Shown here: in pieces, positions 51,141 through 62,300 of the stretch
Numbering within the stretch: the stretch's first letter is position 1
How the letters are laid out: each line of letters begins with the position of its first letter
Origin: Actinomycetota bacterium
GTDB lineage: Bacteria; Actinomycetota; Actinomycetes; Nanopelagicales; Nanopelagicaceae
NCBI GenBank assembly: GCA_016870835.1
Contig: VGAG01000002.1
Span: 4,051 to 68,050, forward strand
Direction of reading: 5' to 3'
DNA: 64,000 bases
The notes under the pieces: generated by a model
The model's input: only the letters and a program-made list of their open reading frames with translations
Database searches by the model: none
What the model was told of the DNA's origin: nothing
Made by a program: the position numbers and the translations under genes

Positions 51141-53057
51141 ATGGCTGATCCAAATAGCTATCGCCCTACAGGGGTTCCGGATGAGCCAGGTGTTTATAGA
51201 TTCTTTAATGAATCCGATCGAGTCATTTATGTTGGAAAGGCACGCTCACTAAAGAATCGCCTAAATTCATATTTCCAGAAGAACCTTCCAGAGAAAACAG
51301 ACCGCATGGTCCATGCCGCAACCCGGGTTGATTGGACCGTAGTTAATTCTGAAGTTGAGGCGCTACAACTTGAGTTCAGTTGGATCAAAGAGGAGAGCCC
51401 TGAATTTAACGTCCAATTCCGTGACGATAAGTCGTATCCCTTCCTCGCGATAAGTGTTAAAGAGGAATTTCCACGTATCTTCATTACGCGAAGAGCCAAA
51501 CAGAAGGGAATCAAATACTTCGGACCATTTGCTCATGCTTGGGCGCTTCGAACTACTTTTGATCTGTTACTTGAGCTATTTCCCATTCGCTCCTGCTCCA
51601 AGAGCAATTTTGAACGGGCCGAGAAAAGTAAACGTCAATGTCTCCTAGGAGATATTGGAAAGTGCTCGGCACCGTGTGTGGGTCGAATCGATAGTAGTGA
51701 ACATAGAGTGCTGATTTCCAAGTTAACAGATTTTATGGAGGGCGGTGGTGCTGACCTAGAAGCAAGACTTAAAGAAGAGATGGAGCGCGCCTCAAAGGCT
51801 GAACAATTTGAACGAGCTGCCAAAATTCGAGATCGCCTTAGAGCGCTAGAACTTGCAAATGAATCGACAGAAGCTGCGATCTCAGATTCAATATCAGCAG
51901 ATTTCATCTCACTTCACGATGACATCACGCACTCGGCTGCATCATTCTTTCGGGTAAGAAGTGGACGAGTGGTCGGATCGCGCTCATGGATTATCGATAG
52001 AACTAAATTGCCCGAAGATGAGAACCTTGTAGCAGCGACCCTAGAGTTGATTTATCGTGAATATGAAGTCCCACGAGAGATATACATAAATCAAGAGGTA
52101 GCCGAGGGCGAAGCGCTCGAGGCTCTCTTATTGGAGCGCTCAGGGGAAAAGACTGCTATTTCACATCCGCAACGAGGTGAGAAAGTAGAAATTCTTGAGA
52201 CTGTAAAACGCAATGCCCACCAATCCCTCATTCAATTCCTAAGTAAGCGCGCAAATGATGCCGCTGTATCAGGGCGGACTCTGGAAGAACTCGCCCAGGC
52301 CTTGGAACTAGATGAGCTACCACTAAGAATCGAGTGCTTTGATATCTCAAATATTCAAGGAACATCGGTAGTTGCTTCGATGGTGGTCTTTGAAGATGGT
52401 CAACCGAAGAAGATTGATTATCGCCGATTTGGAATTGATGATAAAGAAAAGTTTGACGATACCCGGGCAATGCACCATGTAATCACTCGGAGATTTAAGA
52501 GATATCTAGAAGAGAAAGAGCTCGATCTTGAGGAGATTGCCGCAGAAGGTGGCGCACGTCCACGCTTCGCCTATCCGCCACAACTTGTAATCGTTGATGG
52601 TGGACGCGGACAGGTAAATGCAGCAGCGCGCGCTCTAGCTGAGCTTGGGATAACTGATGTTGCGCTCGTAGGTCTTGCTAAGCGCCTTGAAGAGATCTGG
52701 TTTCCAGATAGAAGCTATCCAGTAATTCTTAAACGAAATAGCGAAGCACTTTATCTAGTGCAGCGAATCCGGGATGAAGCCCATCGCTTTGCCATCACTT
52801 TCCATCGCTCTAAGCGCTCAAGGTTGATGCTTGAATCTTTACTAGATGAAATTGCCGGCCTTGGTGAGACGCGAAGAAACGCTATTTTGGAGGTATTTGG
52901 CTCGATTGCAGCCATTCGCAAGGCAAGTGCCGAAGAGATTGCCGCAGTTCCGGGTATAGGGGAGCGAACCGCTAAATCTATTTTTGAGAGCCTCGCTAAT
53001 TTTGCTAGAAATTATGAGGTAGATGCGCAAACAGGCGAGATTATCGAACATCCTTGA
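51141..53057 (+). CDS. uvrC: Excinuclease ABC subunit C
   Basis: GIY-YIG domain (GVYRFFNESDRVIYVGKA), a UVR domain (QFERAAKIRDRL) and a C-terminal (HhH)2 motif. Confidence 0.96.
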   Translation: MADPNSYRPTGVPDEPGVYRFFNESDRVIYVGKARSLKNRLNSYFQKNLPEKTDRMVHAATRVDWTVVNSEVEALQLEFSWIKEESPEFNVQFRDDKSYPFLAISVKEEFPRIFITRRAKQKGIKYFGPFAHAWALRTTFDLLLELFPIRSCSKSNFERAEKSKRQCLLGDIGKCSAPCVGRIDSSEHRVLISKLTDFMEGGGADLEARLKEEMERASKAEQFERAAKIRDRLRALELANESTEAAISDSISADFISLHDDITHSAASFFRVRSGRVVGSRSWIIDRTKLPEDENLVAATLELIYREYEVPREIYINQEVAEGEALEALLLERSGEKTAISHPQRGEKVEILETVKRNAHQSLIQFLSKRANDAAVSGRTLEELAQALELDELPLRIECFDISNIQGTSVVASMVVFEDGQPKKIDYRRFGIDDKEKFDDTRAMHHVITRRFKRYLEEKELDLEEIAAEGGARPRFAYPPQLVIVDGGRGQVNAAARALAELGITDVALVGLAKRLEEIWFPDRSYPVILKRNSEALYLVQRIRDEAHRFAITFHRSKRSRLMLESLLDEIAGLGETRRNAILEVFGSIAAIRKASAEEIAAVPGIGERTAKSIFESLANFARNYEVDAQTGEIIEHP

Positions 53058-53078
53058 CATAGATAGCATGATGAAGCC

Positions 53079-53951
53079 ATGGCTCGCGAAGTTGTAGTAA
53101 TAACCGGGATGAGTGGAGCCGGTCGCTCGACCGTTGCCCACTCAATGGAAGATTCAGGTTGGTATGTAATCGACAATCTTCCACCTTCCTTGCTCTCCTC
53201 TGTTCTAGATATGACCGAGCGGACCTCTGACTCAATCGCGGTTGTTATCGATGTTCGCGGTCGACAGTTTTTCGATGATCTAAATAGGTCTCTTGCTGAT
53301 TTAGTTGAAAAAGGGGTCTCGCGAAAGATCATATTTGTCGATGCCTCAGACGAGGTGTTAATAACCCGCTTCGAATCCTCTCGCCGGCCACATCCACTTC
53401 AAGGCAATGATCGGATAGTCGATGGGATTGAACGGGAGCGGGAAAAATTACGTGAGATGCGGGCCGGCGCAGATTTAGTTGTCGACACCTCCCAGCTCAA
53501 TATCCATCAACTTGAACGGAAGATAAACGAGTTGTTTCAAAGCGGCTCGCTTGCTGCGCTAAAGGTGAATGTACTTTCCTTTGGTTACAAATTTGGGATA
53601 CCAGCAGATGCAGATCTAGTTATGGATTGCCGCTTTATCCCAAATCCACATTGGCAGAGTGAACTTCGGCCAAAGACTGGTCTAGATAAAGAAGTCTCAG
53701 ATGCGGTACTAAATGCAAGCGCTGTTCCAGAGTTTCTAGATCGCTATGTTGCCCTCTTTGACAGTATTGCCCGTGGCTATCTCCATGAAGGTAAGAAATT
53801 CATCACCCTTGCAATTGGTTGTACCGGTGGAAAACATCGAAGCGTTGCCGTTGCTGAAGAGTTGGCTAAGAGATTAAATGGTCTAAATTTGAAGGGCGAC
53901 TCGGAAGTTTCTGCTCATGCAATTCATCGCGATTTAGGTAGAGAGCGTTGA
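53079..53951 (+). CDS. rapZ: RNase adapter / nucleotide-binding protein RapZ
   Basis: P-loop GMSGAGRST and C-terminal CTGGKHRSV motif. Part of the conserved uvrC-rapZ-yvcK-whiA order. Confidence 0.9.
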   Translation: MAREVVVITGMSGAGRSTVAHSMEDSGWYVIDNLPPSLLSSVLDMTERTSDSIAVVIDVRGRQFFDDLNRSLADLVEKGVSRKIIFVDASDEVLITRFESSRRPHPLQGNDRIVDGIEREREKLREMRAGADLVVDTSQLNIHQLERKINELFQSGSLAALKVNVLSFGYKFGIPADADLVMDCRFIPNPHWQSELRPKTGLDKEVSDAVLNASAVPEFLDRYVALFDSIARGYLHEGKKFITLAIGCTGGKHRSVAVAEELAKRLNGLNLKGDSEVSAHAIHRDLGRER

Positions 53952-54898
53952 AAGTAGTCTCCTTTGGCGGAGGCCATGGGCTAGCAGCAACACTTAAGGC
54001 CTTACGTAATGTAACTCCAGATATAACTGCACTTGTCACAGTCGCTGATAACGGTGGCTCAAGTGGAAGATTGCGAGAAGAGTTCAATTCACTTCCTCCG
54101 GGAGATTTGCGAATGGCGCTCGCCGCTTTATGTGGTGATGATGAGTGGGGAAGAAATTGGGCAGACTTAATGCAATATCGCTTTACCTCAGAAGGCGATT
54201 TAAATGGACATGCCCTAGGTAATCTCTTACTTGCCGCGCTATGGGATAGAGATAGTGATCCAATCAAAGGGTTAGAAAGAGTGGGAGCTCTGTTGAAAGT
54301 TGTCGGCCGAGTACTCCCAATGTCGCTGCAACCGCTTGATATTGAGGGAACATTTCGTAATTGGCAAGGAACACAAGTCATTAGAGGTCAGAAAGAAGTC
54401 GCAATCGGAAAAGGTGGTCTTGAGAATATTTCCCTGATACCAAGTGATGCGCGCTCCACTCCCGAGGGATTGCAAGCTATAGCGAGCGCTGATTGGCTCA
54501 CTTTGGGACCTGGTTCATGGTTTTCCAGCGTATTGCCACATTTACTTTTGGAAGAACAGAGAAAAGCAATATGCACCGCGAAAGCCCGGAAAATAATTGT
54601 TCTCAATCTTGATGCAAATCCAGACGCATCGGGTGATGAATTTGCTGGCTATTCGCCCGCAGATCACCTCAAATTGATAAGAAAATATGCCCCAGATTTG
54701 AAGTGTGATTTCGCAATTGCAGATGAGTCAATCATGGCCCGAGGCGAAAGTGGAAAGGAACTTCAGTCAATTGTCAACGATATGGAAGGTTCATTGATTG
54801 TGGCAGATCTCGCAGTAATTCCCGGCAGTAATCACCATGATCCAGGAAAATTAAGTTCTGTTTTCCGCAACATTTTTTCATCGGAAGTGATTAGATAA
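53948..54898 (+). CDS. yvcK: YvcK/CuvA family gluconeogenesis factor (CofD-like fold)
   Basis: Motifs [16 protein letters not shown] and GPGSWFSS. 4-nt overlap with rapZ. Confidence 0.88.
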   Translation: MKVVSFGGGHGLAATLKALRNVTPDITALVTVADNGGSSGRLREEFNSLPPGDLRMALAALCGDDEWGRNWADLMQYRFTSEGDLNGHALGNLLLAALWDRDSDPIKGLERVGALLKVVGRVLPMSLQPLDIEGTFRNWQGTQVIRGQKEVAIGKGGLENISLIPSDARSTPEGLQAIASADWLTLGPGSWFSSVLPHLLLEEQRKAICTAKARKIIVLNLDANPDASGDEFAGYSPADHLKLIRKYAPDLKCDFAIADESIMARGESGKELQSIVNDMEGSLIVADLAVIPGSNHHDPGKLSSVFRNIFSSEVIR

Positions 54899-54903
54899 CG
54901 CTC

Positions 54904-55881
54904 GTGGCGATGACCTCTTCGGTAAAAGATGAGTTGAGTCGACTCTCCATCTCAAAACCTTGTTGCCGAAAGGCCGAGGTCTCATCCATCCTCAGGTTTG
55001 CAGGCGGATTGCATCTCTCTTCTGGGCGAATAATGGTTGAAATTGAATTAGACACTGCCCAGGCAGCGCGAAGAGTTCGTAAGGATATTGCTGACATCTA
55101 CGGCCATGAATCTGATCTAGCTGTAATTAGCGCAGGCGGACTTCGAAAGGGGAGCCGCTATCTCGTTCGAGTAATTAAGGATGGCGATGCGCTTGCTCGC
55201 CAGACTGGACTCGTTGATTCAAATGGTCGCCCAGTCCGTGGCCTTCCACCACAAGTTGTTTCGGCTGGAGTTTGTGATGCTGAAGCAGCATGGCGCGGAG
55301 CCTTTCTTGCGCATGGTTCCTTAACTGAACCAGGTCGCTCATCAGCACTTGAAATTACCTGTCCTGGTCCAGAAGCAGCGCTTGCCCTTGTTGGCGCAGC
55401 GCGACGTTTAAATATCACAGCTAAAGCGCGCGAAGTTCGAGGAGTAGATCGAGTAGTAATCCGAGATGGAGATGCGATTGGCGTGCTACTAACTCGGTTA
55501 GGTGCTCATGAGAGCGTACTTGCTTGGGAAGAGCGACGCATGCGCCGAGAAGTTCGTGCAACCGCAAATCGCCTTGCAAACTTTGATGATGCAAATTTAA
55601 GAAGATCTGCTCGCGCAGCTGTAGCCGCATCAGCTCGAGTCTCAAGAGCTTTGGAAATTCTGGGTGAAGAGATTCCTAAACATTTGAGAGATGCTGGTGA
55701 ACTTCGTATTAACCATGGCCAAGCAAGCCTTGAAGAACTTGGCTCACTTGCCTCACCTCCGATGACTAAGGATGCAATTGCGGGAAGAATTCGCAGGCTC
55801 CTTGCTATGGCGGATAAGCGCGCCTCTGATCTAGGTATCCCTGATACCGAATCTGGGCTCTCGCCTGATCTGCTCAATTAG
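54904..55881 (+). CDS. whiA: Sporulation/cell-division transcription factor WhiA
   Basis: 325 aa with a GTG start. The N-terminus VKDELSRL...KPCCRKAE and a C-terminal HTH region are characteristic of WhiA. Confidence 0.92.
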   Translation: MAMTSSVKDELSRLSISKPCCRKAEVSSILRFAGGLHLSSGRIMVEIELDTAQAARRVRKDIADIYGHESDLAVISAGGLRKGSRYLVRVIKDGDALARQTGLVDSNGRPVRGLPPQVVSAGVCDAEAAWRGAFLAHGSLTEPGRSSALEITCPGPEAALALVGAARRLNITAKAREVRGVDRVVIRDGDAIGVLLTRLGAHESVLAWEERRMRREVRATANRLANFDDANLRRSARAAVAASARVSRALEILGEEIPKHLRDAGELRINHGQASLEELGSLASPPMTKDAIAGRIRRLLAMADKRASDLGIPDTESGLSPDLLN

Positions 55882-55963
55882 ATTTTAAATAATGCCCGCT
55901 GATAGACTGCGCACAAGTCCACAGAGTTGTGGCAAAAAATTTGCAGGTCTAGCTTAAATTTAA

Positions 55964-56977
<1,014 letters not shown>

Positions 56978-56995
56978 CTAAAGCGCACCATTAAA

Positions 56996-58192
56996 GTGGT
57001 TCGTACCCTCGACTCAATTAATTTCGCTAGTAAGCGAGTTCTGCTTCGCTGCGATTTAAATGTTCCGCTAAAGGAAGTAGATGGCAAACGAGTCATAACC
57101 GACGATGGGCGAATAAGAGCTTCGCTTCCAACTTTAGAAATTCTTCTTGCAGGTGGGGCATCTGTCGTTATCTGTGCTCACCTCGGAAGGCCCAAAGGTG
57201 AACCCAAACCTGAACTTTCACTAGCCCCAATCGGTAAGCGTCTTGGCGAATTACTTGGGCGCGAAGTTCTATTTGCTGAGGATGTTGTTGGACCATCAGC
57301 TAAAGCAGCCATTTCCAAGCTAACGCCTGGAAAAATTGTGCTCCTCGAAAATATCCGTTATGAAGCAGCGGAAACTTCTAAAGAGGAGAGCGAGCGCGCG
57401 ACGCTCGCCCAAAAGCTCTCGGAATATGCGGACTTCTATGTGGGCGATGGTTTCGGCGCAGTACATCGTAAGCACGCTTCTGTCTATGAATTAGCAAAGT
57501 TACTTCCTCATGCTGCCGGAAAACTTGTAGCTGCTGAAGTTGAAGTTCTTGAAAAGTTAACTAAGTCGCCACTTCGCCCATACGGGGTGGTTCTGGGTGG
57601 CGCGAAGGTCTCCGACAAAATTGGAGTCATTACTAATTTGATTGAGAAGGTAGACGTTTTGGCAATTGGTGGAGGAATGGTCTTTACATTTCTAGCGGCT
57701 CAGGGCAAAACAATCGGAACTTCACTATTTGAAGCCGAATCAATTAATACTGTTAAAGCGATTTTGAACCGGGCCAAGGAGCGAGGAGTGGAGCTTGCGC
57801 TTCCAACCGATGTTGTAGTCGCACCAAAGTTTGCCAATGAGAGCCCAACCGTTGTTTCAGTTGATGCAATTCCGGCTGATCAGATGGGTCTAGATATTGG
57901 CCCAGAAAGTAGCGTGGCTTTTGCCAACGCGATTAAGAAATGTAAAACAGTTTTCTGGAATGGCCCGATGGGTGTCTTCGAGTTCTCCAATTTTGCAGAG
58001 GGTACTAAACAAGTAGCAGCGGCGCTAACTAAAGTAGAAGGCTTATCAGTTGTAGGTGGAGGAGATTCTGCGGCGGCGGTGCGGGCCTTAGGTTTTAAAG
58101 ATGACGACTTTGGCTACATATCAACTGGTGGTGGAGCCTCTCTCGAGTATCTTGAGGGCAGAGAATTACCGGGCTTGATAGCCCTGCAATAA
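56996..58192 (+). CDS. pgk: Phosphoglycerate kinase
   Basis: Motifs RCDLNVP, HLGRPKG and GGGDSAAA. Confidence 0.97.
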   Translation: MVRTLDSINFASKRVLLRCDLNVPLKEVDGKRVITDDGRIRASLPTLEILLAGGASVVICAHLGRPKGEPKPELSLAPIGKRLGELLGREVLFAEDVVGPSAKAAISKLTPGKIVLLENIRYEAAETSKEESERATLAQKLSEYADFYVGDGFGAVHRKHASVYELAKLLPHAAGKLVAAEVEVLEKLTKSPLRPYGVVLGGAKVSDKIGVITNLIEKVDVLAIGGGMVFTFLAAQGKTIGTSLFEAESINTVKAILNRAKERGVELALPTDVVVAPKFANESPTVVSVDAIPADQMGLDIGPESSVAFANAIKKCKTVFWNGPMGVFEFSNFAEGTKQVAAALTKVEGLSVVGGGDSAAAVRALGFKDDDFGYISTGGGASLEYLEGRELPGLIALQ

Positions 58193-58237
58193 AGTGGTTG
58201 TAAGTTCCAATTAGCTAGATCGAAGCGAGAGGAGAGG

Positions 58238-59017
58238 TTGATGAGCCGTAGACCTTTGATGGCCGGTAACTGGAAGATGAATCTAAATCATCTTGAGGCA
58301 ATCGCCGTCACTCAGAAACTTGCCTACTCTCTTGAAGAGCGAGACTTTGATGCCGTTGACGTTGCAATCATCCCGCCATTTACCGATCTTCGCTCAGTTC
58401 AAACTCTCGTTGACGGTGACCGCCTCCGGATAACTTATGGCGCCCAAGATATCTCCCCGGAAAAATCCGGTGCATTTACTGGCGATATCTCCGGATCAAT
58501 GCTTAAGAAGTTAGATTGCACATTTGTAATTGTTGGTCACTCAGAACGACGCGCAGTTCATAGTGAGAGCGATGAGTTACTCAATAAAAAACTCAAGGCT
58601 GTTCTTGGTAATGAGATGACGCCGATATTTTGTATTGGTGAAGAGTTAGCAATTCGTGAAGCTGGTAATCATGTTGCTCATGTCTTGAACCAACTTCGCA
58701 CTGGACTTAAGGGTTTACATAAGCCAGAGTTAAAGAAAATTGTCTTTGCCTACGAACCAGTCTGGGCAATTGGAACTGGAAAGACTGCTACCCCAGAAGA
58801 TGCGCAAGAAGTTTGTGCAGCGATTCGAGCTGAATTGAAGAAGATTGGTAGCGATGAGATTGGGGAGAACGCGCGAATTCTTTATGGCGGCTCTGTTAAA
58901 TCTGCCAATATCGTCGACATCATGCGCCAAGGCGATGTAGATGGTGCCCTAGTAGGTGGCGCAAGCCTTGATCCAGAAGAATTTGCCCGTATCTGCAAGT
59001 TCCATCGGGTCATCTAA
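58238..59017 (+). CDS. tpiA: Triosephosphate isomerase
   Basis: Motifs [24 protein letters not shown] and YGGSV. Confidence 0.97.
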   Translation: MMSRRPLMAGNWKMNLNHLEAIAVTQKLAYSLEERDFDAVDVAIIPPFTDLRSVQTLVDGDRLRITYGAQDISPEKSGAFTGDISGSMLKKLDCTFVIVGHSERRAVHSESDELLNKKLKAVLGNEMTPIFCIGEELAIREAGNHVAHVLNQLRTGLKGLHKPELKKIVFAYEPVWAIGTGKTATPEDAQEVCAAIRAELKKIGSDEIGENARILYGGSVKSANIVDIMRQGDVDGALVGGASLDPEEFARICKFHRVI

Positions 59018-59069
59018 ATCCTTGCGGCGCGGTAATATTCACCCCTCAATCGAAGGTAGGAGCAGATAA

Positions 59070-59297
59070 GTGGCGTTAGCACTCTCAATCATCCTTGTGG
59101 TCTCGAGCATCTTGATGATCGTGCTCGTCCTGCTTCATAAAGGAAAAGGAAGCGGACTATCTGATCTATTCGGTGGTGGTCTCTCCTCAAATTATGGAGG
59201 TTCCTCAGTTGTCGAAAAGAATTTAGATCGAATCACAATTGTGGTTGGCGGTCTATGGTTCGCTTCGGTGATAGCGCTTGGCTTGGTATTGAAGTAA
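59070..59297 (+). CDS. secG: Preprotein translocase subunit SecG
   Basis: 75-aa, two-TM protein (HKGKGSGLSDLFGG) in the conserved position after tpiA. GTG start after GGAG. Confidence 0.85.
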   Translation: MALALSIILVVSSILMIVLVLLHKGKGSGLSDLFGGGLSSNYGGSSVVEKNLDRITIVVGGLWFASVIALGLVLK

Positions 59298-59359
59298 ATT
59301 GATATTGAAGTAGAACGAACTTTTGAATTTAAGAGTTGGCTTAAGGAGAGGGAGAGAAA

Positions 59360-59707
59360 ATGGCTGGTGGTAGCGCAATTAGAGGTTCACGTGTCGGCGC
59401 TGGTCCAATGGGCGAGGCTGAGCGTGGCGAAGCGATTGCCCGCTTTCGAATCTCTTATTGGTGCCTAAATGGCCATGAGACAAAACCATCTTTTGCCGAT
59501 GATGGAACGGTCGACATCCCAGCTGAATGGGATTGCCCAAGGTGTGGCTTTCCAGCTGGTCGAGATAAAAATAATCCGCCATCACCTATGAAGAATGAGC
59601 CGTATAAGACTCACCTTGCATATGTAAAGGAGCGTCGTACCGAAGCTGAAGCCAAGAAGATTCTTGATGCTGCTCTAAAGAAGCTTCGTGCCGAGGACGA
59701 GGATTAA
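59360..59707 (+). CDS. rbpA: RNA polymerase-binding protein RbpA (zinc-ribbon type)
   Basis: N-terminus IRGSRVGAG, a C-x3-H ... CPRC cluster (WCLNGHE...WDCPRCGF), then KTHLAYVKERR and a basic/acidic helix. A strong SD (AAGGAGAGGGAG) lies upstream. Confidence 0.88.
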   Translation: MAGGSAIRGSRVGAGPMGEAERGEAIARFRISYWCLNGHETKPSFADDGTVDIPAEWDCPRCGFPAGRDKNNPPSPMKNEPYKTHLAYVKERRTEAEAKKILDAALKKLRAEDED

Positions 59708-61209
59708 AGTTTCGCTACTTCCTTAAGCAGTTGCTCAATCCCAGCTTCGCGCTCTTTTAAATTAACTCTTATAACCCTTAATCCACGCGAACTCAGCGCC
59801 TCGTTATCGCCAAGGGCCTGTGCCAGGACTAATCTCTCAAATCCATAACCTGCGTTAGGAATTTCAACGGTTGACTCTGGTTCGGCTGTAATTTGAAGGA
59901 AAGTTCCAACAAGTGGGCCGCCCTTATGAAATTGCCCGGTTGAGTGAAGGAATCGTGGACCCCATCCAAATGTCGTAGGGATACCTAACTTCGACTCTAA
60001 GAGATCGCGGAGCTGGGAAATCTCACCATCTGAATTACGATTTAGATAAGCCATAACCGCTAAGTACTTTCCTGAATTCAAAGCTTTCAAATACTCGCTA
60101 AGACTTGAACGTTTTTCCTCGGCAAAAACTTCGAGGTTATCTATGAGATGGCCACTATTAGATGGGCGCTTACTCCAATCAAGAAGTATCTTGCCAGTCC
60201 GCTCTTTTGACTCTGCAACATTTGGTTGATTGAAGGGATCAACTTTGAGGAGAAAACAGAGCAGGGCCGTTACCCACTCCCAGAAGATCAATTGAGCGCC
60301 CAGCGGTCCAGTTATGGAAAGTGGATCACCCTCTTTAAATGAAATCACATTTGATCTATCCGAAGGTGCTTTTGCAAGGACTACAGGTAGAACACCTTTT
60401 CCATCTTTACCCGTTGATTCTGCAACTAGTTGTTCAATCCAATCTGCTAAACCTTGATAGAGAGAATCGCCATCGAAGAATCGTGCAAATGCAAACTCTC
60501 TTTCGAATAGTTTGGCAGCAACTCGAACAACGGGGGAGTCCGGTTGAGTGAATTGGGCTGCGGCATCAGCAGCATCATCTAGAAGAAGCGATACGTCAAC
60601 GCCGATAAGTGCTGCTGGCACTAGACCAAATGCGCTCAGGGCGCTAAAACGTCCACCAACCTTTGGATTTGCATTAATTGTTCGAAGCCCATCACTTGTT
60701 GCAGATTTATGTAGCGGACTATCTGGATCAGTAATTATCACCATGTGATCTTTGATTGGAAGACCGGCTTTAGTTAGCGCAGCTTCAAAGAGCGCCTTTT
60801 GGGAAGTGGTCTCAATCGTGCTTCCGGATTTTGATGCGACGATGATGCAGCTCTTGGCAAGATCGCACTTCAAAGCATCGGCTACTTGAGACGGCTCGGT
60901 TGAATCTAAAATTACAAGGCTCTTCTTAAAGTGGGTCGCAATAACTTCAGGGGCTAAAGATGAACCACCCATTCCACAGAGTATGAAATGTTCATGACCT
61001 AGTTCGCGCGACCAAGCCGAAAGCGCATCTAAAGTTGGAAGTAGTTCGCGTGAAGAATGGGGAAGGTCTACCCAATCCAGTCTTATCGCCGCCTCAGCTG
61101 TTGCATCTGGTCCCCAGAGAGTGGCATCTTTATCTGCCAACCGAGTAGTTATGGCATTTAGCGCAGTCGTATTTGAGTTAGTGGCGAAGCTTTGGGCTAA
61201 CTTGATCAC
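59704..61209 (-). CDS. pgi: Glucose-6-phosphate isomerase
   Basis: 501 aa. Motifs GMGGSSLAPEV and ASKSGSTIETTS (SIS domains). GTGA overlap with the tal stop. Confidence 0.88.
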   Translation of the reverse strand: MIKLAQSFATNSNTTALNAITTRLADKDATLWGPDATAEAAIRLDWVDLPHSSRELLPTLDALSAWSRELGHEHFILCGMGGSSLAPEVIATHFKKSLVILDSTEPSQVADALKCDLAKSCIIVASKSGSTIETTSQKALFEAALTKAGLPIKDHMVIITDPDSPLHKSATSDGLRTINANPKVGGRFSALSAFGLVPAALIGVDVSLLLDDAADAAAQFTQPDSPVVRVAAKLFEREFAFARFFDGDSLYQGLADWIEQLVAESTGKDGKGVLPVVLAKAPSDRSNVISFKEGDPLSITGPLGAQLIFWEWVTALLCFLLKVDPFNQPNVAESKERTGKILLDWSKRPSNSGHLIDNLEVFAEEKRSSLSEYLKALNSGKYLAVMAYLNRNSDGEISQLRDLLESKLGIPTTFGWGPRFLHSTGQFHKGGPLVGTFLQITAEPESTVEIPNAGYGFERLVLAQALGDNEALSSRGLRVIRVNLKEREAGIEQLLKEVAKL

Positions 61210-62300
61210 GCCTTGGCTGCCTCAACAACTCTTATTAGATCTAACCAAGGCTTGATGAACTTTTCGATACCTTCACCCTCGAGTTTTGCTGCCACTTCAT
61301 CAATTGAGATTTCAATGTCGGCTAACTTTTCTAGGATGTTTCGTGCTGAATCAAAACGTCCCGTTATCGTATCGCCGGCAAATTTCTCACTAGTTCGAAC
61401 GGCGTTTAAAGTAGCTTCTGGCATCGTATTCACAGTCTTATCGGCAACAAGTTCTAGTACATACATAGTTGGGTCATAAGCCGGATCTTTAACACCAGTA
61501 GATGCCCAGAGCGGGCGTTGAATCGATGCGCTTCTTCGTGCGAGCGACTGCCAACGCTTTGAACTTTGAACCTTTAAGAAGTGTTCATAAGCAAGGCGAG
61601 CATTTGCAAGAGCTGCCTGTCCACACAATCCCTCATTTGCAGTTCCCTTAAGCCGTGCATCAATCTCTGTATCGACTCGACTTACAAAGAATGATGCAAC
61701 GGAATGAATTCCACTTATTGGAAGTGAGTTAGTTGCTCGCTCTTCTAAACCTTTAAGAAATGCTTCAAGGACTGCTTCATAGCGTTTTACCGAGAAGATG
61801 ATTGTTACATTTACGCTGATTCCATCTGCGATAAGTCTTGTTATCGCCGGCAACCCCTCGAGCGTTGCTGGAACTTTAATCAATACATTGGGCGATCCGA
61901 CTAATTCCCATAGCGCGCGTGCTTGGGTGATTGTTCCTTCAGTATCGCGGGCCAACCGCGGGTCTACCTCGATACTTACTCGACCATCAACGCCGCCAGT
62001 TCGCTCAAAGGTTGGCATAAATGACTCGCATGCAGCTCTGACATCAGAGGTTGTTAGCGCAGTAATTACCTCTTCGGCATCTCTGCCTTCCCGGTAAAGC
62101 GAGGCAATATCTTCTTTATATAGATCTGAACCAGCAATTGAGGCGGAGAAAATAGCGGGATTTGTGGTTACGCCAACAACGCTGTCCTGGGCAATCAAAT
62201 CGGGCAGGTAAGTAGCTTTTCCGCCTTTTCTCATCCGCTCTCTAGATAGATCATCGAGCCAGACGGAGACACCGGCTTGAGAAACTTGAGAAAGGCTCAT
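61206..62300 (-). CDS. tal: Transaldolase (actinobacterial long type)
   Basis: N-terminus AGVSVWLDDLSRERM and motifs TTNPAIF and IKVPAT. Its ATG overlaps the tkt TAA by 1 nt (TAATG). Confidence 0.93.
   Translation of the reverse strand: MSLSQVSQAGVSVWLDDLSRERMRKGGKATYLPDLIAQDSVVGVTTNPAIFSASIAGSDLYKEDIASLYREGRDAEEVITALTTSDVRAACESFMPTFERTGGVDGRVSIEVDPRLARDTEGTITQARALWELVGSPNVLIKVPATLEGLPAITRLIADGISVNVTIIFSVKRYEAVLEAFLKGLEERATNSLPISGIHSVASFFVSRVDTEIDARLKGTANEGLCGQAALANARLAYEHFLKVQSSKRWQSLARRSASIQRPLWASTGVKDPAYDPTMYVLELVADKTVNTMPEATLNAVRTSEKFAGDTITGRFDSARNILEKLADIEISIDEVAAKLEGEGIEKFIKPWLDLIRVVEAAKA

Noticed and set aside
53866-54381. Long ORFs embedded antisense or out of frame in conserved genes. 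Examples: 53866-54381 (171 aa), 19607-20110 (167 aa), 18195-18668 (157 aa), 1903-2304 (133 aa), 34355-34747 (130 aa), 44171-44548 (125 aa), 55506-55877 (123 aa) and 9342-9710 (122 aa).
   Set aside because: All lie wholly inside strongly conserved housekeeping genes. Their translations are Ser/Arg/Pro-rich with no recognisable motifs, and they lack SD/start context. This is typical frame-shadow ORFs. Only ribosome profiling could revive them.
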